A stretch of 24,752 bases of DNA from a virus (IMGVR_UViG_3300005512_000311:1-24752); one strand, 5' to 3'; positions 1-7,738 are shown, numbered from the stretch's first letter. Notes: a model not told the origin generated them from the sequence alone. Made by a program: numbers and translations.

Positions 1-41
1 TTAAGCCCCCGCCAAGTGTTGCTGTAAAAGTTAAATTCACT

Positions 42-89
42 ACCCTGCACCCCCCCTATTTACTAGGGGCGGGGGGGGGGGCAGCGGGT
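42..89. repeat. GC-rich imperfect inverted repeat with a poly-G tract, directly downstream of the helicase gene (candidate origin or terminator)
   Basis: CCCCTA(53-58)-TTTAC-TAGGGG(64-69) core, flanked by ACCCTGCACCCCCCC and G11-CAGCGGGT. Confidence 0.45.
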
Positions 90-1187
90 CTACTTTTTTG
101 ACAGAATCGTGAACCCCGTGACCCTGCCTTTCTGGTTCATGGCGTCCATGACTTCATAGTCCTGTTTGATGAAACCGAAAACCTCCTCGTTCGATTTGCC
201 GGTCGCCGGCAGCGTGATTTTTAGCGGGATCAGATTGACCGGAACGCTCGCTACGCGCCCGGCGGTGTGGATATAGCCGCCGATGTTTTCGTCAATCACC
301 GCCCTGATTTCGTCTCGAATCGCCTGGTTCTTTATGTCCTCGTCGACCTTTCCGACCAGCTCGGCAGCGGCCTCGTCAAACGGCTTCCAATCAAGAATAG
401 ACATATCCATCGAGCCGTTTTCAAACTCGACCGGAACCCGGTACATGGCGCCCTGCCACACCGGCGGATGGTCGACCAGGCGCCAGCGATCTTTTTCCCA
501 ATTCGCCAGCGTCAGATTCAGTTTTTTGTCATAGGTCACGTTGATCGAATAATCGATGTTCCCGATCAGCGCCGACGCGCCCCTGGCGGATCGCCCCTCC
601 GACATTTTGCTGGTGTGATGAACCAGCGCGATGGTGCCATTCGGATCGATGGCCGGCGCAATGTGATCCTCGAGAGACTTGATTAGTTTCGACGCCTCGC
701 GGTTATCGTTTTCCTCAAATGAGAACATGGTCGCGGTCGTGTCGAAAAACACCGCCATCGGTCTGCCGGCCAGCTCTTGAATCCACTCTCCCATGCTCTG
801 AATGTACTCAATCCCGAGCGACATCGTGGGCAGCGAGTACAGATTGAAGCGCCTCGGGCGATCCCCGAGATACGCTTTCATTCGGCTGCGGATATGCCCA
901 ATCGACTCCGAAAACAGGATGACGTCGCCCGGCGTGGTCGGGATGCCCTGCCACTCAGTTTCGCCGGCAATCATGGCAGCGATCAGATCGCACATTAAGT
1001 GCGACTTCCCGCTATTGCTCGGCCCGTAGATCATGCCTACCGACTTCGCGGGTATCAGTTTCTCGAGCATCCACGCCGGCTCGCGGACGACCCAATCCCA
1101 GGGCTCGGTCGGGATGTTGGCAAACGGCCCCTCGCGCGCCTTTTGAATGTCGAGCATCCGGCTCGCTAATTCGTCATAGTCAGACAT
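90..1187 (-). CDS. RepA-like (AAA_25 / SF4) replicative helicase
   Basis: Walker A GPSNSGKS, Walker B VFFDT, LVHHTSK and ARGASAL motifs, N-terminal 'WMLEKLIP'. Start moved from 1208 to ATG 1187, which follows AAGGGGGT. Confidence 0.85.
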   Translation of the reverse strand: MSDYDELASRMLDIQKAREGPFANIPTEPWDWVVREPAWMLEKLIPAKSVGMIYGPSNSGKSHLMCDLIAAMIAGETEWQGIPTTPGDVILFSESIGHIRSRMKAYLGDRPRRFNLYSLPTMSLGIEYIQSMGEWIQELAGRPMAVFFDTTATMFSFEENDNREASKLIKSLEDHIAPAIDPNGTIALVHHTSKMSEGRSARGASALIGNIDYSINVTYDKKLNLTLANWEKDRWRLVDHPPVWQGAMYRVPVEFENGSMDMSILDWKPFDEAAAELVGKVDEDIKNQAIRDEIRAVIDENIGGYIHTAGRVASVPVNLIPLKITLPATGKSNEEVFGFIKQDYEVMDAMNQKGRVTGFTILSKK

Positions 1188-1702
1188 GAACACCCCCTTA
1201 TCATCCACTCCCGCCCACTTACGGCCTCGTGAAACGCCGCGAACTTGCGTAGGTCTTTTCGGGTCATTTTTAGATCATGGTTCTCTAGGTTGCCAAAAAA
1301 CGTCTCGCGCCAGAGATACATATCAATCATTTCGTCGGCGCTGAATCCGGTCAGCAGCCGAACCGCATGATGGGCATATCCCCGCCATGCGCTTGATACC
1401 GGGACGCCCTGATCGACTGCCCGGCAGAATGCCGCCATAAACATTTCGACCTCTTCGAGATCGACCTTTCCGGCGTAGTTGATTTGCGGTCGCGTATCCT
1501 CGACCAGCCCGGCGTCGGTCAGCCAGCGCGCCAAATCCTTGAACTGGCACCCCTGGCGGCAATGGACGATAAGATTGTGCTGCCGTCCCTGCCGAACGTG
1601 AAAACGGTCCTGTCCGCCGCATAACGGACACGGACCCTTGTATTCACCGCCGGCCCTTTTGAGCCCGAGAACATTGGCGACCGCTTTCGGGTCGCCCTGC
1701 AT
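1166..1702 (-). CDS. Primase-type zinc-ribbon protein (P4 alpha-like Zn-binding domain), no TOPRIM domain visible
   Basis: EYKGPCPLCGGQDRF...VHCRQGC four-Cys motif, then a short helical C-terminus; directly upstream of the helicase. Confidence 0.75.
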   Translation of the reverse strand: MQGDPKAVANVLGLKRAGGEYKGPCPLCGGQDRFHVRQGRQHNLIVHCRQGCQFKDLARWLTDAGLVEDTRPQINYAGKVDLEEVEMFMAAFCRAVDQGVPVSSAWRGYAHHAVRLLTGFSADEMIDMYLWRETFFGNLENHDLKMTRKDLRKFAAFHEAVSGREWMIRGCSCLTMTN

Positions 1703-2143
1703 TTAAAACGGAATATCGTCGTCTGCTACTGACGGCTGCGCGCCGCTGAACTCCGGCGATACAGCCGCCTTCGTCGCCGGCTCGAACCGCTTAACGCACC
1801 AATCGCCGTCTTTGTCTTTCGACACCAGAACCCGCAGCTCGTGCATTTGCAGCTCGACCGGATTTTTTTCGTCCTGGATCGAGTTGATCCCGACCGCGTT
1901 CATAATGTTCGCCAGAATGCGGTATGCGATTTCGCGGACCTCATCGCGCGGATGCCCCACATTGAGGTTTTCCCACAGCTTTTTTCCGTTGTAGTCGGTC
2001 AGACTGAAACGAACCGAGACGTAGTTGTTACCGGCTGCGCTCGTTTTTTGCATGACCTCATCGATGGTCGCGGGGGTCCAGCCCTCTTTCAGCTCGACCC
2101 CGCCACTGCTTTCGCTTGCCCAATCGCTTGCATTAAATCCCAT
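1703..2143 (-). CDS. Single-stranded DNA-binding protein (DUF669-like)
   Basis: SAAGNNYVSVRF...GKKLWENLN motif, acidic tail ending DDDIPF, near a Sak4-like gene. Confidence 0.8.
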   Translation of the reverse strand: MGFNASDWASESSGGVELKEGWTPATIDEVMQKTSAAGNNYVSVRFSLTDYNGKKLWENLNVGHPRDEVREIAYRILANIMNAVGINSIQDEKNPVELQMHELRVLVSKDKDGDWCVKRFEPATKAAVSPEFSGAQPSVADDDIPF

Positions 2144-2387
2144 TTTTAAATTCTCCCTTTGGATAGTACGTCCAGAAATCGGGGCTCATTGGATCGAGCC
2201 CCAGGTGAAAAAGTCGCTGATAATCAGCGACCGTCGCAGCGAAAACGATCTCGCCGCGAGTCTTAACGAACCGACCGACGCAGAACACCGCCGGCTCGTA
2301 ATCCCACAATAACAGCAGGGTTTCCCCCAGCTCCGCATTTCCGACCGGCGGATTATTCGACCAGGGTCGCATTATTCTCTCGGTCAT
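2133..2387 (-). CDS. Hypothetical protein (84 aa)
   Basis: Fills the operon gap and overlaps both neighbours by a few nt. Confidence 0.6.
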   Translation of the reverse strand: MTERIMRPWSNNPPVGNAELGETLLLLWDYEPAVFCVGRFVKTRGEIVFAATVADYQRLFHLGLDPMSPDFWTYYPKGEFKNGI

Positions 2388-3115
2388 TTAGCGAGCGCCC
2401 CCGCGAACTCAGACCAATCGAGCGGCATTTCCGCCGGCAGCCCGTAGCGGTTTTTTGCGACCCATGCGGGGCGCTCCTCGGTGTACATGACCCGATCCCC
2501 CTGGCCGTGGCCGCGCGTCCTTGTGCGACCTCGGTCCTCGGTTTTGATCGTTTGATACTTTTGATTCGCGAACAGAATCGCGTCGGAATGCTCGCTCACC
2601 AAGTCGCAGGCTTTCGCCTGGAGCTTGATAACGAACCGATCAAAACTCTCGGCGTCCGGCGCCTCGAATCGTTTGATCGCGCTGTGCGCGATGAATACGG
2701 TCGTCATTTTCTTGACGTCCCGCAAGTAATTCATGCGGTCCAGGAACTCACGCCAGTACCGCAGCGCCTCAACATATCCGCGCCCGTAGCCCGGCTGCTC
2801 GATGGTCGACCATTTGTTTTGCTCGCAAGTATGCGACCAGATCAGCGGCTCGAGCCAATCGAGCGAGTCGACGACCAGCGTCCGATACTTGTGATCGTCC
2901 TGTATCAGCGAGTCGAGCGCCGCGCGCACCTCGAGATAGCTCATCGGCTTCGGGAATGCGTCGACCTCAATTTTGCCGAGCCCGTTCTCTATCGGCAGGA
3001 ATATCGGATTTTTTGCCGACGCTGCAAACGTCGTTTTCCCGATCCCCGCCGGCCCGTAAATCAGCACCCTCGGCGGTTGTAGGTCGCCACCCTTTTTAAT
3101 GTCTGCAAGTTTCAC
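2384..3115 (-). CDS. Sak4-like (AAA_24) ATPase / single-strand annealing protein
   Basis: VLIYGPAGIGKTT Walker A, TLVVDSLDWLE Walker B, GYGRGY, FIAHS, AKNRYGLP. Start is most likely GTG 3115 (TAGTG overlap, GGGAG upstream) rather than 3226. Confidence 0.85.
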   Translation of the reverse strand: MKLADIKKGGDLQPPRVLIYGPAGIGKTTFAASAKNPIFLPIENGLGKIEVDAFPKPMSYLEVRAALDSLIQDDHKYRTLVVDSLDWLEPLIWSHTCEQNKWSTIEQPGYGRGYVEALRYWREFLDRMNYLRDVKKMTTVFIAHSAIKRFEAPDAESFDRFVIKLQAKACDLVSEHSDAILFANQKYQTIKTEDRGRTRTRGHGQGDRVMYTEERPAWVAKNRYGLPAEMPLDWSEFAGALAK

Positions 3116-3498
3116 TATATGCTCTCCCTTATTAACCCACAAAAAAGCTCGAGCCCTATCTCGCAAGCGCTTCGATAGTCCTCCAGCAGAAAAATATCTG
3201 TCTCGTATGGCACCAGAACCCGCCAAGGTTGCCGGTCGGCGCGGAAACAGACCGCCGGCGCCTTGCCAACCGTGCGCGCTTGAAACACTGCCTGGTGCCA
3301 GAATATCTTTTTATCGCCGTCCGTTATGTCGCGGTATCGCTTGCATTCGATAGCCCAATGGTCGAGCCCGATCAGATCGTGACCGCCGCCGAACGACTGC
3401 GCGAGGTTCCGCTCGAGGCGGATGCCGGTCCATTCCTCAATCGCGAGAATCAGCTCGCGCTCGCCAGCGGCGCCCTTGTTGCGGCTTCTACTTCCCAT
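3115..3498 (-). CDS. PD-(D/E)XK nuclease, Holliday junction resolvase-like
   Basis: SRNKGAAGERE...GGHDL...WAIECKR motif pattern. Confidence 0.75.
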   Translation of the reverse strand: MGSRSRNKGAAGERELILAIEEWTGIRLERNLAQSFGGGHDLIGLDHWAIECKRYRDITDGDKKIFWHQAVFQARTVGKAPAVCFRADRQPWRVLVPYETDIFLLEDYRSACEIGLELFCGLIRESI

Positions 3499-3730
3499 TG
3501 ATCGGTGACACCTCGGCGCGTTCTGATTTCATCTTTTTCCAAATCTCGCGCTTTGCCTGCTCGCGCCACGACTTCGCGAACGCGAACCCGAACGCCACGC
3601 ATAACGTGATCCAGAGCGGGGACATCACCCATAGCCACGACCACTCGATCAGACCGGCCAGCTTCAAGCCGACGAATAGCAACAAAAAGTTGTCGATCAG
3701 GTGACCCCAGCGGTTGTTATCTCCGGGCAT
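3488..3730 (-). CDS. Small membrane protein (2 predicted TM segments)
   Basis: LLLFVGLKLAGLIEWSWLWVMSPLWI, a motif typical of a common small phage membrane protein family. Confidence 0.7.
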   Translation of the reverse strand: MPGDNNRWGHLIDNFLLLFVGLKLAGLIEWSWLWVMSPLWITLCVAFGFAFAKSWREQAKREIWKKMKSERAEVSPINGK

Positions 3731-3902
3731 GGGTTACCTCGGCGAGCTTGATCTCCGCGATCATCACCTCCGCCTGGATTCGCCGGGCCTCGGGAATCTC
3801 ACCCTTGCGCCGCCAGTGATAGATCGTTTGCCGGGTTATGCCCAGCGCTCGCGCGGTCTGGGATACGCCCCCGAACGCAGCGATGATTTCCTCGAGTGAC
3901 AT
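3717..3902 (-). CDS. Cro-like HTH regulator
   Basis: FGGVSQTARALGITRQTIYHW...IP HTH, AAGGAG RBS, first gene of the leftward operon. Confidence 0.8.
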   Translation of the reverse strand: MSLEEIIAAFGGVSQTARALGITRQTIYHWRRKGEIPEARRIQAEVMIAEIKLAEVTHARR

Positions 3903-3920
3903 TTCGGTCGCTCCTTTGCA

Positions 3921-3948
3921 TTGACTCGGCGAGCGTACCGCGTAAGAT
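3921..3948 (+). promoter_or_regulatory. Sigma70-like promoter toward the exonuclease gene
   Basis: TTGACT-N16-TAAGAT. Confidence 0.55.
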
Positions 3949-3961
3949 TGCGGGGTGTCAA
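3932..3961 (-). promoter_or_regulatory. Sigma70-like promoter toward the cro-like/replication operon
   Basis: TTGACA-N18-TACGCT on the minus strand. Confidence 0.55.
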
Positions 3962-3981
3962 ATTATTAAACAGGGGGCCAC

Positions 3982-4920
3982 ATGGTCGGCAAACTATCAG
4001 ACGACACCAAAATGTCGGGATCACGCATCCCAATCCTTTACTGCTGGAATCATGGGATCGCGCATCCCTGGTCGACGCCGAACGACGAATTGCGGAAGTC
4101 GATACAAGCCGCAGCCGGTAGACGGCAGCACTCGGATATCGGCGAGCCCGGCATCGTCGGGAACTTGCTCGAGCCGGTGCTGATCCGCGACTGCTGCGCG
4201 CATCTACGCATCCCCCAGGCGAATCTGACGCCGGACGTTATCAAGCTCGAGGATTTTGAGGTTTCCTGCGATGGTATCGTCCAGCTCCAGCAGCCAGTCG
4301 ACGTCCGCGAGAACGGCATCATTCGCGTTGTAGGCGACGATTCGATCACCCTAGAGGGAACCATTCCCATCGAGTGCAAAGTCACCACAGCGCCTCCTGC
4401 GGACGATATACCGCTATATCGGGGTCCAATCCAGCTCCAGGCGCAAATGATGGCGCTCGGGGCGAGTGTGGGGATCATTGTCACGCTGCATCGGGGTATT
4501 GAGCGCCGGATTCATATTTTTCAGGCGGACCCCGATATCCAGGCGGAGATTGCCGACATTTGCAGCGACTTCCGGCGCCGGGTCGCCGCCGAGGATTGGT
4601 ATCCGCCGGTCAATGTCGACGACGCGGTGATTCGCCCAGGCGAGAAAAACGAAACGCCGGTCGAGCTGGGCGACGCGATTGCGAACGACGTCTATCACCT
4701 CGAGACGCTGCGCGAGCATCGCGCCCAGCTCGCGGAGGAAATCGCCGAGCTGGAGCTGAAGATTATGACCGCGATGGGCGATTCGACTCTCGCGCAAGCC
4801 GGTCCCTACCGGCTCGAATGGCCGATGCGTAATTACAAAGCGCAGCCGGAGCGGGTTGTGCCGGCAAAAGAGGCGCGCACGATACGATTGAAGTCGCTGA
4901 TCGTAAAGGATAGTATCTAG
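3982..4920 (+). CDS. YqaJ / lambda-exonuclease family nuclease with a coiled-coil C-terminus
   Basis: GNLLEP, SCDG, IECK and QLQAQM motifs; has its own promoter and terminator. Confidence 0.8.
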   Translation: MVGKLSDDTKMSGSRIPILYCWNHGIAHPWSTPNDELRKSIQAAAGRRQHSDIGEPGIVGNLLEPVLIRDCCAHLRIPQANLTPDVIKLEDFEVSCDGIVQLQQPVDVRENGIIRVVGDDSITLEGTIPIECKVTTAPPADDIPLYRGPIQLQAQMMALGASVGIIVTLHRGIERRIHIFQADPDIQAEIADICSDFRRRVAAEDWYPPVNVDDAVIRPGEKNETPVELGDAIANDVYHLETLREHRAQLAEEIAELELKIMTAMGDSTLAQAGPYRLEWPMRNYKAQPERVVPAKEARTIRLKSLIVKDSI

Positions 4921-4964
4921 GGGCGGTTGTTTGACACTCCCTTTCAGCCGTAACGTTTGATTGT

Positions 4965-4988
4965 AGCCGCCTTCGGGCGGCTTTTTTT
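4965..4988 (+). terminator. Rho-independent terminator
   Basis: AGCCGCC-TTCG-GGCGGCT stem-loop followed by a T run, between convergent genes. Confidence 0.9.
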
Positions 4989-5229
4989 AATAATGCTCCT
5001 CGCCGTCGCCTTCCTCGATTTCGTATTCCTCGACCTCTTCGACTTCCCAGCCCTCCTCCTCGAGCAGCGCCTCGTAAATATCGGCGGTCGGCATATCTAT
5101 CGATAACCCCTCGGGAAAGAGCTGCGTGTATATCATCGCGCAGCCGGGTCGACCGCGCTCGGGCAGCATCATCAGAATCTCGCCGGAGCGGATATACAGA
5201 TCGCCTTGCTCTGTTATCAGCTTAATCAT
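4987..5229 (-). CDS. Small protein with a very acidic C-terminus
   Basis: Overlaps the HNH stop; stop codon abuts the terminator. Confidence 0.7.
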   Translation of the reverse strand: MIKLITEQGDLYIRSGEILMMLPERGRPGCAMIYTQLFPEGLSIDMPTADIYEALLEEEGWEVEEVEEYEIEEGDGEEHY

Positions 5230-5734
5230 CGAACCGATTGCCCTTTCGCGAATTATCCCTCGCAGTCAGTATTTGCAGATTCCAGGGAACGTGTAAACCG
5301 CAAACCATTTTGCCGCGCAGCGGAACGATATGATCGACTGAGTGCGGGACGCTGGTCGCTGCGGTCACCTCCCTTGCCTGCCGGTAAATGTCCTCAATCT
5401 CCGTCTGCACCAGATCATTTTCGCGCAGGATGTTGGCGCGCTCAATGTAAACCGTGCGTCGGTCCTTCGATTGTCTGTGAGTCTTTTTGTACTTCGGGCG
5501 GATATAGCGCGCAGCGTACAGGTGCCGGGCGTTTTTTCGGTAATGCTCGCGCCAGTATTCGACCCTGGAGCCGCGTTCTCGGTCATACTCCCGCCAGTAT
5601 GCGCGCTTTTCTGCGCGCTCTCTGGGGCTCATCGTGGCGGTTTTGATGGCGCTGCAAGTCGCGCAGCATTTGTTTGCGGTGTAGCGGGGCGCCAGATGGC
5701 CGAACTTGCACGGCCTTCCGGTAAAGTAATACAC
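5222..5734 (-). CDS. HNH endonuclease with an N-terminal Cys/His Zn-binding motif (start uncertain; frame open to 5776)
   Basis: [11 protein letters not shown]...CCATC at the N-terminus; HSVDHIVPL...[22 protein letters not shown] at the C-terminus. Confidence 0.85.
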   Translation of the reverse strand: MYYFTGRPCKFGHLAPRYTANKCCATCSAIKTATMSPRERAEKRAYWREYDRERGSRVEYWREHYRKNARHLYAARYIRPKYKKTHRQSKDRRTVYIERANILRENDLVQTEIEDIYRQAREVTAATSVPHSVDHIVPLRGKMVCGLHVPWNLQILTARDNSRKGNRFDD

Positions 5735-5776
5735 GGCCCCAGACTTTCGAGCCTGTTTAGCTGACCCGATCAGATT

Positions 5777-6211
5777 TTAAACGGGCGGTGTATCCTCTCT
5801 CATTGCGTCAGAGAGTCGTTTCGCCCTTGCCCCCACTTGCTCGGCCCATTGGGACCGCAACATTTCGTCCGCCGCCTCTGCGAATTTCTCGTCGCGCATA
5901 TAGCCGATGGTTCGCTTAAAGTTGAGGAATCCGAACATACCCATGTTAAAAGACATATTCAGCACGACCATTTGCCGCGTTTCTGACAGATCGCGCCACT
6001 CGGGAAACAGCTCGTCCAGCTCACGCATGAGGCGCACAATGTCGCCCTCGAGCATGAATTGCGCCTCGGCCTTGGTGATACCCGTGTCCTCGAGGTTGCG
6101 ACCGACGCCGATTGTGAGCTTTCCTGCGGTGCAATAATACGGCTTCAGCTTGCAGCCTTCGTCAAGCTCGAGCCATTTCGTTAATACCTTGAAATCGACG
6201 CCATCCGTCAT
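5777..6211 (-). CDS. Endolysin, GH24 (T4-like) lysozyme
   Basis: E18-x8-C27-x5-T33 triad, TIGVGRNL, NMSFNMG, SQWAEQVGARAKRL. Confidence 0.9.
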   Translation of the reverse strand: MTDGVDFKVLTKWLELDEGCKLKPYYCTAGKLTIGVGRNLEDTGITKAEAQFMLEGDIVRLMRELDELFPEWRDLSETRQMVVLNMSFNMGMFGFLNFKRTIGYMRDEKFAEAADEMLRSQWAEQVGARAKRLSDAMREDTPPV

Positions 6212-6651
6212 TTTTGATTGTTCCCGAACTTTTGCAGCGCGCCTTTCGCCAGGTCGCCCATGTAGGGCGCCGCGAAATAAAAGCCCAGGATCAGCATGAC
6301 CGCCGGGGTCATGGTTTCGATTCGACCGTCCAGGATCGCCGTGCTATCCGCGAGCTTGTCCGCCGCCACATCCCCGACCCATATGGAAATTAGAGAGCTG
6401 GCAGTCGCCGACAAAAACATGAGCAGCCAGACCCCGGTGATCGCGAACGCGATGACGCGCCGCGCGAGCCTGGAGCCGCTGGTCGATTCCAGCCACTTGA
6501 TGGTCATCTGTCGAGCGTCGGCCTCGGCCTGCATTAGCGCCTCGCCTTGCTCCTGTTTGGTATAAAACGACTTATCGATTAACCCGAAAGTTTTGTCGAT
6601 GATATTACCGGCAGCATCGCCTGATCCGAACAGATTGCCGAGCAGTGACAT
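6208..6651 (-). CDS. Putative holin-like membrane protein
   Basis: Two hydrophobic segments including ILGFYF; ATGA-coupled to the lysozyme. Confidence 0.6.
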   Translation of the reverse strand: MSLLGNLFGSGDAAGNIIDKTFGLIDKSFYTKQEQGEALMQAEADARQMTIKWLESTSGSRLARRVIAFAITGVWLLMFLSATASSLISIWVGDVAADKLADSTAILDGRIETMTPAVMLILGFYFAAPYMGDLAKGALQKFGNNQK

Positions 6652-6659
6652 AGCACCCC

Positions 6660-6833
6660 CTAATCATCGCCTTTCTTCAGTAGTGTTTGGATCGTTTTGG
6701 TTTCGTAGATACGGATGCCCGTCCAGACAACCGTAAACAGCGCGGCCAAGGGCGGAAGGATCGACCCCAGCGCCCCCAGCATTGTGGCAATGCTCGCAGC
6801 ATCGACAATCGTTTTTGTTGTCTCGTCCATCAT
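6660..6833 (-). CDS. 57-aa membrane protein, holin/antiholin candidate (absent from the ORF track)
   Basis: Translates as MMDETTKTIVDAASIATMLGALGSILPPLAALFTVVWTGIRIYETKTIQTLLKKGDD and fills the gap in the lysis cluster. Confidence 0.75.
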   Translation of the reverse strand: MMDETTKTIVDAASIATMLGALGSILPPLAALFTVVWTGIRIYETKTIQTLLKKGDD

Positions 6834-6880
6834 TCAGCCCCCAGGGTTTTCGCGATTCTATCAGTCCGCTATGTAAAGCG

Positions 6881-7255
6881 TCACCCGTTCCAGGGATTAT
6901 CAAGCTCGTCATATTCGCCATTACCATTAGTGTCACAGTAGCGCTGCCATGTCTGCATGTTGAATGAGTAGCCCTCGGACCAGGGAATATAGACGGCGCA
7001 CCATTCATGCGAACCCGGCTCGAGCCCGTCGGTCGACTGCTCGACATAATCGCGCTGTGACCAGGGCGGCTGTGCAATAAAATAGGTGTTCTGATTCGAA
7101 TATATTCTGCGCTTAAAAAGTGCGCTTTGCGGAGTGCTGATATAAACCTCCTGGTTGTCCTTAAGCGTATAGGTCGAGCCGTCCTCGTAGGTGACTACGG
7201 TTTGCGCCGCTGCGCTGGATACAAATACCGCCAAAAATGCCGCTGGTGCTTTCAT
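6881..7255 (-). CDS. Putative secreted protein (signal peptide, 2 Cys, DxNxNG motif)
   Basis: MKAPAAFLAVFVSSAAA|Q signal-like N-terminus; DTNGNGEYD; AGGAG RBS. Confidence 0.7.
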   Translation of the reverse strand: MKAPAAFLAVFVSSAAAQTVVTYEDGSTYTLKDNQEVYISTPQSALFKRRIYSNQNTYFIAQPPWSQRDYVEQSTDGLEPGSHEWCAVYIPWSEGYSFNMQTWQRYCDTNGNGEYDELDNPWNG

Positions 7256-7258
7256 GGA

Positions 7259-7738
7259 TTATGCTCCTATGGTTGCTACTGCATCAAAAATCAGACCGAT
7301 CAGCCCGGCAGCAGCCGCCACCAGAACGACGATCCAGAACGATTTTATCATGGTGTCCCGAGCGTCCTGCTGCGCGTAAATTTCGCGCTTGCGCTGCTCG
7401 GTGACCTCTCTGACGCATTCGCGCCACATTTCGATACCTTGCTGTCCGTAGGCATAGGTAATCATGGTTATCAGCTCGGATCGCTGCTGCGTCACCTTTT
7501 GGCGCGCAGCGAAAATGCGCGTTCCCTCGGCCTCCGCCGACTCAGCGAAAACTAATTTCTTGAACGGGTTGGAGCGCTTTTCCTGGCGCTGACTCGCATA
7601 AAGGATGTCACTCGCATGACCCTGCCAGCGCGCGATGACCTGGAAAGTATCCTCGATACCTTTCCCTGCCTCGATGAACGCGCGAACGCCGGCATACGCT
7701 TTCGTCGCTGCGGTCGCCGCTGCTATGACATCGATCAT
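7259..7738 (-). CDS. Hypothetical helical protein with a C-terminal TM anchor
   Basis: GAGG RBS; C-terminal FWIVVLVAAAAGLIGLIF. Confidence 0.7.
   Translation of the reverse strand: MIDVIAAATAATKAYAGVRAFIEAGKGIEDTFQVIARWQGHASDILYASQRQEKRSNPFKKLVFAESAEAEGTRIFAARQKVTQQRSELITMITYAYGQQGIEMWRECVREVTEQRKREIYAQQDARDTMIKSFWIVVLVAAAAGLIGLIFDAVATIGA

Noticed and set aside
3116-3226. N-terminal 37 aa of the Sak4-like ORF
   Set aside because: Overlaps the resolvase-like gene; GTG 3115 has an RBS and stop-start coupling
3717-3981. Classical CI/Cro lysogeny switch or prophage state
   Set aside because: No CI-like repressor, integrase, att site or host genes in the window; lifestyle cannot be determined from this fragment
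4931-4956. TTGACA...TAACGT as a promoter after the exonuclease
   Set aside because: Spacer is only 14 nt and it points straight into a terminator
6664-7077. 137-aa minus-strand ORF from the track
   Set aside because: Overlaps two better-supported genes (6660-6833 and 6881-7255) in another frame
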